A stretch of 58,680 nt of DNA from a virus (taxonomy: Duplodnaviria; Caudoviricetes). The position numbers and the translations under genes were made by a program. The stretch is taken from positions 1 to 58,680 of the IMG/VR virus record IMGVR_UViG_3300036911_000012, one strand, 5' to 3'. Below the pieces are notes generated by a model. The model was not told the DNA's origin. It saw only the letters and a list, made by a program, of their open reading frames with translations, and did no database searches. Positions 1 to 9,607 of the stretch are shown here, piece by piece (positions within the stretch are counted from its first letter, which is position 1; each line of letters begins with the position of its first letter).

Positions 1-64
1 TGCGAGGCATGTAGGGCAGTTGGTCGCATCCCCTACTCAACAAGACGACCATTGGAGATAGATC

Positions 65-1099
65 ATGGCGAAGAAGATCAAGCACCCCCTGCCGGTTGAA
101 GCCGCTACCGTTGAGGCGGAGGGGAGCGTTGTAGTGGCGGTTGAGGGGGGCGAGTACACTCAGGCTGAGGCCGAGAGCGCGCACGTTGCGGGCGTCGAGA
201 CTGTCGAGGTGTTCGACCCTAGCACGGGCAAGGTCGAGACTGTCGTCGCGACCCCCGAGATTACCCCCAAGAGTAACGCCCCCGCCGACTACGTGGAGAC
301 GGACCCGTCGATTCTGGCGGGGGCGAACTCCCAGAACGGACTAGTGCGCGACCGGGCCAAGTTGCTGACCGACGTTGGGCGCCTGGGCAAGGCGGATGGC
401 TCGGGCAAGGCGAGTAAGGTCGCTCTGGCAGAGCGTGTGGTCGAGGCTTCCGAAAATGGAATAATCGGCACGGACGATGCGGAACGCATATACGAGAAGT
501 TCCGCACGGCTTCGGCAGCGGCAGCCGGTAAGCTGGCTGCCGATGAGCAGTCCAAGGACTCAAGGGACGTGCAAGTATCGAAGCTGCGACGATTCATAGA
601 AGTCGGCAAGGCGTTCGACAATTCCTGGAATATATTTGAGACGGCTGTAGACATGCATGTGCAGGCGCTCGGCGGCGACGACAAGAAGCTACTGCGCGTC
701 CACTCGTGCTACGAGTCGCTCGTAGCCGTGGCTAGGGCTCAGTTGCGCGACCGATGGGGGATCAAGCTCTCTGAGGATGACATCCGCAAGGTACTGTTTA
801 AGGAGTACGAGGAGCCCAAGGAGACTACCGGCCTCGATCTCGTCAAGCACGCGTTAAAGAACATGGAGCAAGCAATGAGCGGCCGCAAGGCCGGCACTGA
901 CCGGCCGGCGCGTGAGCCGCTGCGACATGACAACATCCTCGAGGCTGTAGGTCACATACGCTTCGTAATATCCGAACTCGACCCGGAGTTCTTTGCCAAG
1001 GAGGAGGCGGAGCGCGCCGCCGCTGAGAAGAAGGAGTTGGCTGCGATCCAGAAAGCCGAGAAGAAAGCCGCTGGCAAGGCGGCCACGGTCGCCGCGTAA
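65..1099 (+). CDS. Hypothetical early protein (344 aa), acidic N-terminus and Lys/Ala-rich C-terminus
   Basis: Long ORF with GGAGA RBS at 53-57, followed by a terminator-like hairpin; no family recognised. Confidence 0.8.
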   Translation: MAKKIKHPLPVEAATVEAEGSVVVAVEGGEYTQAEAESAHVAGVETVEVFDPSTGKVETVVATPEITPKSNAPADYVETDPSILAGANSQNGLVRDRAKLLTDVGRLGKADGSGKASKVALAERVVEASENGIIGTDDAERIYEKFRTASAAAAGKLAADEQSKDSRDVQVSKLRRFIEVGKAFDNSWNIFETAVDMHVQALGGDDKKLLRVHSCYESLVAVARAQLRDRWGIKLSEDDIRKVLFKEYEEPKETTGLDLVKHALKNMEQAMSGRKAGTDRPAREPLRHDNILEAVGHIRFVISELDPEFFAKEEAERAAAEKKELAAIQKAEKKAAGKAATVAA

Positions 1100-1134
1100 C
1101 ATTCCTTCGCACCCTCCCACGAAGGAATACTTGG

Positions 1135-1168
1135 CCCGCGTATGTTAACTCATACGCGGGTTACTTTT
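1135..1168 (+). terminator. Intrinsic terminator
   Basis: Perfect 10-bp stem CCCGCGTATG/CATACGCGGG with a 6-nt loop, followed by TTACTTTT, which overlaps the motif copy at 1161. Confidence 0.7.
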
Positions 1169-1358
1169 GAGAGTAGGTCGCCCGCTACTCGGGCACAGCG
1201 CCGTAGGGCCAAATGCGACTGGCATCGCTCAAATCGCGGAACCTTTGCCAGAAGGTCAAGGGCGAGCGGGCGGCCTACTCCCACAAGTAACCCACAAGGG
1301 TGCTTGAACTAGCGGATAACCGAGACACTCCCTTCCACACACAACCTAGGAGCGCGAC

Positions 1359-1625
1359 ATGCGCAAGCCCAACATCAAGTCGTCGACCAAGCCGGAAGCC
1401 AACGCCGCCAAGGAGCCCGAGCATGAGTTGCCTCTCCCGGAGTTGACGTACATGGAACAGATTCGTTCGTCCATCTACAGAGCGCGCACCGCCGTCCACG
1501 CTGCGGAAGCCGACTACCGGATCGCTGACGATGACCTCTCCACCAACGAGGTGGTCGAGATCATGCGCGACCTCAAGAGCCTCGCGCGTACCGTGGCGCA
1601 GATGGCTGCGTATGTCGGCATCTGA
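1359..1625 (+). CDS. Hypothetical protein (88 aa)
   Basis: ORF with AGGAG RBS; flanked by motif copies at 1275 and 1623. Confidence 0.7.
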   Translation: MRKPNIKSSTKPEANAAKEPEHELPLPELTYMEQIRSSIYRARTAVHAAEADYRIADDDLSTNEVVEIMRDLKSLARTVAQMAAYVGI

Positions 1626-1643
1626 CTCCAAGGAGTAACCCCC

Positions 1644-1955
1644 ATGCCGAACGGCCTGTACACAGACAACGACCGCAAGCCGGTTATCGTCCGCGCTAAA
1701 GACGCGGGCGTCCATTTTGGTACGCTTGTGTCCTACGAAGGGCGCACTGTCGTACTTGAGAACTCGCATCGTTTGTGGTCGTGGAAGGCCGCAGGGGGAG
1801 TGGCGCTAAGTGGAGTAGCCGCGACGTCACTTGTGGCCAGCGAGTCCAAGGTTGACGCTCTGGTTGCGCGCATTGTGATACTGGATGCGTGCGAAATTAT
1901 TGAGTGCACACTGGATGCGGCGGCCAGCATTGCGGGGGCCTGGGCGCATGCATAG
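1644..1955 (+). CDS. DUF6948-like small phage protein
   Basis: VIVRAKDAGVHFGTL...RLWSW...LSGVA pattern of this family, which commonly sits next to Gly-rich ORFs; AGGAG RBS supplied by the motif at 1623. Confidence 0.7.
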   Translation: MPNGLYTDNDRKPVIVRAKDAGVHFGTLVSYEGRTVVLENSHRLWSWKAAGGVALSGVAATSLVASESKVDALVARIVILDACEIIECTLDAAASIAGAWAHA

Positions 1956-2250
1956 CGTTGTCCTCTCCCAAGATGGCTCTAGCTCTGGCTCTGGCTCTGG
2001 CGATGGCTCTGGCTCTGGCGATGGCTCTGGCGATGGCGATGGCTCTGGCTATGGCTCTGGCGATGGCGATGGCTCTGGCGATGGCTCTGGCTATGGCTCT
2101 GGCAGTGGCTATGGCTATGGCGATGGCGATGGCTATGGCTATGGCTCTGGCAGTGGCGATGGCGATGGCTCTGGCTATGGCGATGGCGATGGCTCTGGCG
2201 ATGGCTATGGCTCTGGCTCTGGCGATGGCTCTGGCGATGGCTCTGGCTAA
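1948..2250 (+). CDS. Gly/Ser/Asp/Tyr low-complexity protein
   Basis: ATG at 1948 overlapping the previous gene; (GS/GD/GY)n encoded by GGCTCT/GGCGAT/GGCTAT hexamers. Confidence 0.6.
   Translation: MHSVVLSQDGSSSGSGSGDGSGSGDGSGDGDGSGYGSGDGDGSGDGSGYGSGSGYGYGDGDGYGYGSGSGDGDGSGYGDGDGSGDGYGSGSGDGSGDGSG
1972..2247. repeat. Degenerate hexamer tandem repeat (GGCTCT/GGCGAT/GGCTAT)
   Basis: Directly visible in the sequence. Confidence 0.95.
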
Positions 2251-2312
2251 GAACCCAGAACTATCATGTTTTTGCGCGCGCACTTTTTGCCACGCGTAGA
2301 AAGGGAACGTGC

Positions 2313-2553
2313 AATGGACGCGAAACACAAATGGGCGAGGATAATTCGCCCGGTCGAACCCAATCAGCTCCCCGCTGGTCTCGCCGCGCACTTACTCCCA
2401 GAAGTAAACGTCGTTGAGGTTGACCGGCGCATCTTCAACCCGAGTGACGAGCCGCTTGTGCGGCAACTGTTGAACGGCGATGGTCCGTGGGGGCATGAAT
2501 ACTATGGCGGAGACATTCCTGGCGCGGGTGTGCAACCCGACGTGGCCGATTGA
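2313..2553 (+). CDS. Hypothetical protein (start uncertain)
   Basis: ORF 2266..2553, with a plausible internal ATG (MDAKHKW) near 2314 after GGGAA. Confidence 0.4.
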
Positions 2554-2672
2554 ATCTGGTCGTGAGGGCATGCCCATCGCCGAAGTCAACATACCCTGGT
2601 ACATGGCGACCAGCCCGATGTTTGGTGAGCAGTTGGACGTGACGTTCACCCTCAATCTAACAGGAGACACCA

Positions 2673-3770
2673 ATGAAACTTTCGGAAGTGGAAGCGAGAA
2701 TACCGGCATGGTACGCGGCAAGTTCTGAGCCCAAAGGGCCGAGCTTCCACCTCAAGTCCAAGCCGGGCAGGGGCAAAACTTCTGTACTGGAACTGTCGCC
2801 CGGCTTGCTCAAGCGCGCCTTTGGCGATGGCGCGTACGGCTGCGTCACGATCAACGGCGCTAACGCCACGTTGAGCACGCTCTGCGGCTATCTCTGGCCG
2901 ACCGAGCATGATGGCGTCAAGTATTCCGAGTTTACGCGCCCGTTCTGGTGGTTTACTCCCGAGGGTAAGCCTCTGGACGCGTACGTCGGGGGCGTGATTA
3001 TCATCGACGAAGAGGACAAGCTCGGCCTCGACGAGAAGAAAATATGCGGCGAGGCCGCACTGTCCAAAGTGCTGGCGGGGCATCGCCTTCCGCCCGGCTG
3101 GGTCGTCTGGTTTGCGGGTAATCTCCAGACCGACCGCTCGGGATCGACTAAGCAGTTCGATCACCTTATCAACCGCCGTAACGAGATCAACATCGACGAC
3201 GACATTTTGTCGCTTGTCAAGTGGATGACTTCGCAGAAGTGCTTGCCGGAAACCATCGCGTTCGCGGAAGAAAACCCGCAATGCGTGTTCATGGACGCGC
3301 CCAAGGAGCAGGGGCCGTGGATGACTCCCAGGAGTCTGGTGGCGCAAGACACGTATTTGCGTGCTCTTATGAGCACGTTCTCGACCGACGACATCCCGAC
3401 CGATGCAACGACTATCGAGGAAGTTGCGGGCGGCGTCGGCGCGAGCGCGGCAGCGCAATTGTTTGCGACCATACGGCTCGGCCTGGAGCTGCCCAAGTAC
3501 GAGGAGATCATCGCCCGGCCTCGCGATATCCATGTGCCCACCAAGCCTGACGCCTTGCGTTTAGCGTCGTACAAGCTGGCCTCTCGCGTCAAGGACGAAG
3601 AAGTCACGCCGGTGCTGACGTACATGACGCGAGCGCCTGACGAGTTCCAAGTCATCTTCGCCAAGATGGCGATCAAGCGCAGCCCTAGGCTGGTGATGCA
3701 CAAGGACTTCGGAGCATGGTGCAGCAAGAAAGCGAGTCTCCTAGCAGTGCTGGGTGCGTTTGGGAAGTAG
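2673..3770 (+). CDS. MoxR-like AAA+ ATPase
   Basis: Walker A PGRGKTS, Walker B IIIDEEDK, W(F)AGN sensor, LINR, TPRS motif; adjacent to a VWA gene. Confidence 0.85.
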   Translation: MKLSEVEARIPAWYAASSEPKGPSFHLKSKPGRGKTSVLELSPGLLKRAFGDGAYGCVTINGANATLSTLCGYLWPTEHDGVKYSEFTRPFWWFTPEGKPLDAYVGGVIIIDEEDKLGLDEKKICGEAALSKVLAGHRLPPGWVVWFAGNLQTDRSGSTKQFDHLINRRNEINIDDDILSLVKWMTSQKCLPETIAFAEENPQCVFMDAPKEQGPWMTPRSLVAQDTYLRALMSTFSTDDIPTDATTIEEVAGGVGASAAAQLFATIRLGLELPKYEEIIARPRDIHVPTKPDALRLASYKLASRVKDEEVTPVLTYMTRAPDEFQVIFAKMAIKRSPRLVMHKDFGAWCSKKASLLAVLGAFGK

Positions 3771-3859
3771 ATATAGTTACCCACGCAGACTTACTCGTGG
3801 AAGTAAGTCTGTACCAACGTACGCCGCCACCATACCCCACTAAAATCTGGTAGTGACAC

Positions 3860-4078
3860 ATGCGAACAGTTTTTTCGATTGACGTGAAGGTCGACATTGA
3901 CAGCGGCGACACGGAGCGCGCCCAAGTCATGCTCGAAACTATGAAGAACGCCGCGCAGCAATTGTTTGCGCAGATGACGCTTCTTGCCGGCAAGCGCCCG
4001 CCTGAGGTGGCAGTGCGTACGTCGGACAGCATGCACGGGCAGCAGGACATTGAGTTGTTCCAGGCCCCAAAAGGGTAA
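3860..4078 (+). CDS. Hypothetical protein (72 aa)
   Basis: ORF filling the gap between motif copies at 3791 and 4135. Confidence 0.6.
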   Translation: MRTVFSIDVKVDIDSGDTERAQVMLETMKNAAQQLFAQMTLLAGKRPPEVAVRTSDSMHGQQDIELFQAPKG

Positions 4079-4154
4079 GCGGTCGGCCACTACCATGTGC
4101 ACTAGACCGCCTCCAATCGGCAGATGGACGGCTATAACTCCCAGGAGTAATACC

Positions 4155-5489
4155 ATGGCATACTTGCAAGACACCGACGCCAAAGTCTCAGGCGAGCAAG
4201 GCCAGTGGCCCCGGCTCAAGCTCGATCACGTCCAACAGGCCAAGTGGAACGAGACCCGCACGGCGGTGCTGTGGTCGCAGCCCGCGTTCGCCGACATCTG
4301 GTACTCGATGATGACCGATAGCAAAGGCGAAACAGCCTGGTTTACGGATCAAGTCCCTATTGCGGCGACGGATGACCATTACCTCTACCTCAACCCTAAG
4401 ACGTTCTTCGAGTACAAGCTCGCAACTCGCGTGTTTGGGTGCTGCCACGAAATCCTGCACTGCATGTTCGCGCACTGCACGCAGCTCCATCACTTGAGCA
4501 AGAAGGGCGTGGTGAAGTACGCCGATGGCAAGGAACTCCCGTTCGACAACGAGACCTTTCAGCGCAGCATGGATGCGGTTATCAACGCGATACTCGTGGC
4601 GTCCAACGTCGGCGAGATCGACCCCGCATTCGTTCTGGACAAACGCATCCCTGCCGACATGAGCGTGCTCGACGCATACCGTGTCATGTATGTCAAGCAG
4701 CCCCCGCAGCCCAAGAGCAACAAGGGCGACGGTGGCGCCAAGAGCCAGCCTACTCCTGGGGGTAAGCCGGGTGGCTACGACGAACATCTGCGCCCCGGCC
4801 AAGCTGAGGGCAAGGACGAGAACGAAGCGGAGAGCGGGCGCAACGAGACAGAATGGCGTACGGCTGTGGCCGCTGCGATGGCGTCCGCGCGCATGCAGGG
4901 CAATCTGCCCGGCACGCTGGAACGGCTCTTTGGGAAGTTGATGACGCCAGAGGTGGACTGGACGGACTTGCTGCGCTCGGCGCTCACTCGCAAGCTCGGC
5001 GTGGGCGGCGGCTCGTGGGAACAGCTCGACCCTGCCATGGTCATCCGTGGCATCGGGTCGCCTGGGCGCGTGTCGTTTGGTGCGGGCCGCATCGAGGTCG
5101 CCGTGGACACTTCCGGGAGTATCACGCAGAGTATGATGGACAGGTTCATGTCGGAGGTCGGCGGTATCATCGACGATGTGCGCCCAAAGCGGCTCGTGCT
5201 TACGCAGTGCGACTATGTCGTGCACGAACGCGTCGAGTGCGACGATGGCGCAGACCTCCAGCGTAAAATCCTGGGCGGCGGCGGCACGGCGTTCGCGCCG
5301 GTGTTCAAGCGTATCGCCGAAGAGGATGACGAGCCCGACGTGCTTGTGTACTTCACGGACGGATACGGTTCGTTCCCGCCCAACCCCGGCTACCCAGTTA
5401 TATGGGCTAACATCACTAAGGGTATCAGCGACAGCCACTATCCTTTCGGAGAAGTGGTGTTCGTGCCCCTCACCAACTCCAAGGAGTAA
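4155..5489 (+). CDS. DUF2201-type metallopeptidase plus VWA domain protein
   Basis: HEILH zincin motif, MIDAS DTSGS, GGGGTAF, YFTDGYG; start at the MAYLQ ATG (~4155) after AGGAG. Confidence 0.85.
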   Translation: MAYLQDTDAKVSGEQGQWPRLKLDHVQQAKWNETRTAVLWSQPAFADIWYSMMTDSKGETAWFTDQVPIAATDDHYLYLNPKTFFEYKLATRVFGCCHEILHCMFAHCTQLHHLSKKGVVKYADGKELPFDNETFQRSMDAVINAILVASNVGEIDPAFVLDKRIPADMSVLDAYRVMYVKQPPQPKSNKGDGGAKSQPTPGGKPGGYDEHLRPGQAEGKDENEAESGRNETEWRTAVAAAMASARMQGNLPGTLERLFGKLMTPEVDWTDLLRSALTRKLGVGGGSWEQLDPAMVIRGIGSPGRVSFGAGRIEVAVDTSGSITQSMMDRFMSEVGGIIDDVRPKRLVLTQCDYVVHERVECDDGADLQRKILGGGGTAFAPVFKRIAEEDDEPDVLVYFTDGYGSFPPNPGYPVIWANITKGISDSHYPFGEVVFVPLTNSKE

Positions 5490-5492
5490 GCC

Positions 5493-6269
5493 ATGGGCTT
5501 CCTGCATGAGACGCTAGTACGTCGAGTCGTCTTATGGTGCGAGAACGAGCGCGACGCTATGGCGCAGGCTATCCTCACGCCCATGGATGCGCACAAGGTG
5601 TATGCTGCGCTTGTGCCCAACAAGCGCGACGCTGTGGCGTTGGCGCATGTGGGGAGCATGTACCGGGCGGGATGCAAATCGCAGTGGGGTGGCCAACTGA
5701 CGGGGATGGAGTGTGGGGTGGAGGCGCGCATTACGTTCTGTGGCGACGATATGCGGGGCCTGTTTATCTTTCCGGTCGGGAATGGGTATGAGTACATGCC
5801 TTGCCTGAATGTGCGCGACCTAGGCGAAGCCCGCCAGGACCTTGAGGCGGCGGTGAGCGCTGTAATGGAGTGGAATGCGGCGCTCCGGGCGTTCCACTGG
5901 GTCGACAGTCATGCCCAGAGTATAGACGACTTCACACATTTTACGCCGTGGGTGGCAGACTCGTTCGGTGAGGGGCGTATCAACGTGGCGGAGTTCGATG
6001 CTGGCTTCAGGCGAGACACGCACTCTTGCAAACTTGAGATCGCGCGGCTATTAAAGCGTACACCTCCTAAGAACACGCGCCCCATGCCCAAGGAGTTGCT
6101 GAGCGTTTGCCGGGGGATCAGCGCACTGCGCGGGCGTATGAAACTCTTGGAGCGCAGAGAGTTTAGAAGCCCCCAGCCGGGTATGTGCGCCGTTGAATCG
6201 TTGGACGTTAGCACTGCGGTTGACACGCGCTTTGCGGAGGTAGCTGCGGCGTGGGCGTGGGTGAGTTAG
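5493..6269 (+). CDS. Hypothetical protein (258 aa)
   Basis: ORF with AAGGAG RBS inside the motif at 5474. Confidence 0.7.
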   Translation: MGFLHETLVRRVVLWCENERDAMAQAILTPMDAHKVYAALVPNKRDAVALAHVGSMYRAGCKSQWGGQLTGMECGVEARITFCGDDMRGLFIFPVGNGYEYMPCLNVRDLGEARQDLEAAVSAVMEWNAALRAFHWVDSHAQSIDDFTHFTPWVADSFGEGRINVAEFDAGFRRDTHSCKLEIARLLKRTPPKNTRPMPKELLSVCRGISALRGRMKLLERREFRSPQPGMCAVESLDVSTAVDTRFAEVAAAWAWVS

Positions 6270-6308
6270 TAGTGCGTTGCCTTGGGCTTACTCCTGGGAG
6301 TTAACGGC

Positions 6309-6497
6309 ATGTGGGTAGTCGAGACACTACGGACAGTCGAGGAGGGGGAGTTCCCCGTGTGGGTGCCGGTTGATCCCGAGCGGCCCACGTATGACTCTTA
6401 TGCAGAGGCCGCACATGCGCACGACGATTATAGAAATTCGCACCCTCGCGCGCGCATCCGCATGGAGCGACGACGGTTTGCCCCAGGCGAAGAATGA
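6309..6497 (+). CDS. Hypothetical protein
   Basis: ATG at 6309 after GGAG in the motif at 6288. Confidence 0.55.
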   Translation: MWVVETLRTVEEGEFPVWVPVDPERPTYDSYAEAAHAHDDYRNSHPRARIRMERRRFAPGEE

Positions 6498-6537
6498 ACC
6501 GCGCATGGCGCGCAACTAGAAATGGTGGAGCGAATAA

Positions 6538-8415
6538 ATGAAGCGGGTCTTTGGCGACGCTGAAACATATTACTCCAAAGAGTATACGTTACGAGAACTG
6601 ACGCCGGTCGAGTACATCCTCGACGAACGGTGGGAAACGCATATGTGGTGCATCGTCGAGGACGACGAGCCCGATGCCAGGTGCTACGTTGGTGACGAGG
6701 TTGCAGACTACATGCGCTCGATCAAAGAGCCGTGGATGTTCGTTTCCCACAATGCACTCTTTGACGCTACCATCCTCTCACTGCGATACAACGTACAGCC
6801 TACCATCCTCATAGACACGATGGGTGTGGCTCGCGCGTTGCTCATGCACCTGCTACCAGGGGGACGGGTATCTCTTAAAAAGGTCGCGTCCTTCCTCAAT
6901 CTGGGGGCCAAGGGTAACGCACTCGTAAACGTGAGGGGCCAGCACCTCGCTGAAATCCAAGCCGACCCCTCCCTGTGGCTGCCGTACGTCGCGTATTGCA
7001 TGCAGGACGTGCTCTTGTGCAGGGGCATTTACAATACTCTCAAGAGTAAGTTTCCGGCAACGGAACATTTGATTATGGACGGCGTGTTGAAGATGGCGAC
7101 ACAACCGCAGTTCGTTTGCGACCAAGCCAAACTCTACGCGCACTTGCATGAAACTCAAGTCGAGAAAGCAAACATCCTTGCGACGTGCGGTGTGAGCAAG
7201 GAAGACCTCATGTCCAACGAAAAGTTGGCGAAGGTGCTCATGGGACTTGGAATAGCGCCGCCTCAAAAAGTGTCACCTATCACGGGTAAAACGGCGTGGG
7301 CGTTCGCCAAGACCGACAAAGCATTTACGGACTTGCAGGAGGACGACAACCCCACCGTGCAAGCTGTCGTAGCAGCACGCTTGGGGGTTAAGTCTACTCT
7401 TGAGGAGAGCCGCACATCGCGCCTCCTATCCATTGGGGCGGCCACTGAGCGGGCATACGGCGTGCCCTTGCTACCTGTGCCCCTTAGATACTCGGGGGCG
7501 CACACGCACCGCCTGTCGGGAGACTGGGGCATCAACCTACAGAACTTGCCATCGCGCAAGAGCACCGCGCTGCGCTGCGGGCTCGCTGCCGAACCAGGAC
7601 GCGTAGTGCTGGCGGTCGATGCGGCTCAGATCGAGGCGCGTTTGACGGCGTGGCTGGCTAGGCAATGGGACTTAGTGGAGGGGTTCCGCAATGGCGAAGA
7701 CATCTACTCTCTATTCGCTTCTGACATCTATGAGTACAAAGTTTCAAAGACTGACAAGCTCGAACGCTTGCTCGGTAAGATTTGTATTCTTGCCCTCGGC
7801 TTTGGGATGGGTGCGGCTAAATTCCGCGAGACTGTACGCATTCAGGCTCTTGCCGCCGGGTTTGATATCCAACTCAGCGCTGACGAGTGCGAGCGAATTG
7901 TGTATCTCTATCGCAACAAATACGCTAGCATTAAAGCTACGTGGGACTGGCTCCAATCAGCGATACCTCGCATACGCTCGGGTGAGTGCGAGGGTGAGAC
8001 TTTTGGGCCGTGCAGCCTTCATAAAGGTCGAATTGACTTACCCTCGGGATTAAGTTTGTTCTACGAAGACTTGCAGTACAGCGACGGGCAGTGGACGTTC
8101 CAGTACGGCGGCAAGCGCAAGTTCCTGTACGGCGGCAAGCTTCTCGAAAATATTGTACAGGCCCTAGACCGGGTGTTTGTGTTCGAGGCCATGCTCAAAA
8201 TCAAGCGCGAGTGCTGGGTGCAGTATGGGTACGAGCCCGTGCTCGCGCATCAAATCCACGACGAGCTGGTGTACGTGCCGCCAAACGACAAGCTCGACTT
8301 ACTCCGGGGAGTAGCGCTACGCGCCATGTCGACCCCGCCAGCGTGGGGGCTTGACCTGCCGGTGTCGGCAGAGGCGAAGGTGGGGCCGAGCTATGGGGAG
8401 TTGGTGGGATGTTAG
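6538..8415 (+). CDS. polA: Family A DNA polymerase with 3'-5' exonuclease
   Basis: Exo motifs DAETY and HNALFD; polymerase motif A DAAQIEARL, motif B RLLGKICILALGFG, motif C QIHDEL; NLQNLP. Confidence 0.93.
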   Translation: MKRVFGDAETYYSKEYTLRELTPVEYILDERWETHMWCIVEDDEPDARCYVGDEVADYMRSIKEPWMFVSHNALFDATILSLRYNVQPTILIDTMGVARALLMHLLPGGRVSLKKVASFLNLGAKGNALVNVRGQHLAEIQADPSLWLPYVAYCMQDVLLCRGIYNTLKSKFPATEHLIMDGVLKMATQPQFVCDQAKLYAHLHETQVEKANILATCGVSKEDLMSNEKLAKVLMGLGIAPPQKVSPITGKTAWAFAKTDKAFTDLQEDDNPTVQAVVAARLGVKSTLEESRTSRLLSIGAATERAYGVPLLPVPLRYSGAHTHRLSGDWGINLQNLPSRKSTALRCGLAAEPGRVVLAVDAAQIEARLTAWLARQWDLVEGFRNGEDIYSLFASDIYEYKVSKTDKLERLLGKICILALGFGMGAAKFRETVRIQALAAGFDIQLSADECERIVYLYRNKYASIKATWDWLQSAIPRIRSGECEGETFGPCSLHKGRIDLPSGLSLFYEDLQYSDGQWTFQYGGKRKFLYGGKLLENIVQALDRVFVFEAMLKIKRECWVQYGYEPVLAHQIHDELVYVPPNDKLDLLRGVALRAMSTPPAWGLDLPVSAEAKVGPSYGELVGC

Positions 8416-8541
8416 GCGGAGTACACTACTGGCAGCCACCCCATACGAATGCCCATTCCTGACGTACTGCCAGGGCCGACGTTTTTATAAATACATGAGC
8501 GAACCGTAAAATAAAAACCTTACGCGAACCTTACTTTGTGC

Positions 8542-8570
8542 TTGACACGGTTGCAAGCTCTTGTTATACC
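8542..8570 (+). promoter_or_regulatory. Sigma70-type promoter
   Basis: TTGACA-N17-TATACC in an intergenic region. Confidence 0.65.
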
Positions 8571-8586
8571 TCGCCTTACGCGAGGG

Positions 8587-9130
8587 GGCTCTCATGGACA
8601 CACCTATCGGCAAGGCGAGCGAGTCGCTGTTTATGGGGCTTTCCGTTTTTTAGCGTGGAATCGCTCCGTAGCGCGATGAAGGCAATTCCGGTTTTCAACG
8701 TGGAAAAGAAGGAACAGATACGATGAACATGCATGAATTTTCCCGCGAAAACCTGGCCCGATGCACTTCGCCGAATGGCTTCAACCACCCTCTCGCGTCG
8801 TGGTCTCTCTCGGACTGGATGACGGCGACGCTCGGCGAACTGGGGGAAGCGGCCAACGTCTTGAAAAAGCTCAATCGCGTCCGCGACGGCATCCCCGGCA
8901 ATGCGGAGACGCCGGAACAATTGCAGGAGATGTTCGCGGACGAGCTGGCCGACAGCTTTATCTATCTCGACCTGCTGGCGCAGGCTGCTGGCGTCGATCT
9001 CCCCGCCGCGATCCGCAGCAAATTCGACCGTACCAGCGGAAAGATCGGATACGGCGGCTAGCCGGATTTCCACGCTCCGAGGCTCTCATGGACACACCTA
9101 TCGGCAAGGCGAGCGAGTCGCTGTTTATGG
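8587..9130 (+). repeat. 50-bp perfect direct repeat (8587-8636 and 9081-9130) flanking the MazG-like gene
   Basis: GGCTCTCATGGACACACCTATCGGCAAGGCGAGCGAGTCGCTGTTTATGG occurs twice. Confidence 0.92.
8723..9061 (+). CDS. mazG: MazG-like nucleotide pyrophosphohydrolase
   Basis: GELGEAANVLKK and DELAD..IYLDLLA acidic motifs; AAGGA RBS. Confidence 0.8.
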   Translation: MNMHEFSRENLARCTSPNGFNHPLASWSLSDWMTATLGELGEAANVLKKLNRVRDGIPGNAETPEQLQEMFADELADSFIYLDLLAQAAGVDLPAAIRSKFDRTSGKIGYGG

Positions 9131-9324
9131 CGCAGGGCGTCCTCGTAACCGCATGCCCTTGCGGATGCCACACTGTCAAGCTGGCATTCGTCGACGCGGC
9201 GGGCGTCATTGGCGCAATGGCCTCACTTACACCTCGCAAAGCTGTAGCTCTCGGGGCCGACCTGGACACGGTGGGCTTTCAGGTTATGGCTGGGGAAGGG
9301 TCCGACCATGAACATAGAGCTTAA
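9088..9324 (+). CDS. Hypothetical protein with CPCGC motif
   Basis: ATG at 9088 after GAGG, inside the second repeat copy. Confidence 0.6.
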   Translation: MDTPIGKASESLFMAQGVLVTACPCGCHTVKLAFVDAAGVIGAMASLTPRKAVALGADLDTVGFQVMAGEGSDHEHRA

Positions 9325-9607
9325 TTCCCTGCCCTTGGGAGCCGACATAGCGGGCATGGCGGCGGCGCTGGACATATCCCGACAGCAAGCCATGCTGCTC
9401 CTGCACCTGCTCAAGCATCGCGTGGCGACCCCCTCTGAGCTAGAGGCGTTGGTGGGCTCGTACTGGACGCCCCTCTGTCGCCTGCGCAAGGCGCTAATTG
9501 TACACGATGTAACTGTGCATACTCAGCGCAAGGTCGGGTATCATCTTACTCCCGAGGGTAAGGCGAGGGTCGTAGGGTTGTACCGTGCCGCGATGCGGGA
9601 GGGGTAA
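9308..9607 (+). CDS. Winged helix-turn-helix protein (OmpR/PhoB C-terminal-like)
   Basis: LCRLRKAL...VHTQRKVGYHL resembles the wHTH recognition helix and wing. Confidence 0.65.
   Translation: MNIELNSLPLGADIAGMAAALDISRQQAMLLLHLLKHRVATPSELEALVGSYWTPLCRLRKALIVHDVTVHTQRKVGYHLTPEGKARVVGLYRAAMREG

Noticed and set aside
1897-2391. ARAIA- and AMALAL-repeat ORFs
   Set aside because: Alternative-frame and antisense shadows of the Gly-rich hexamer repeat
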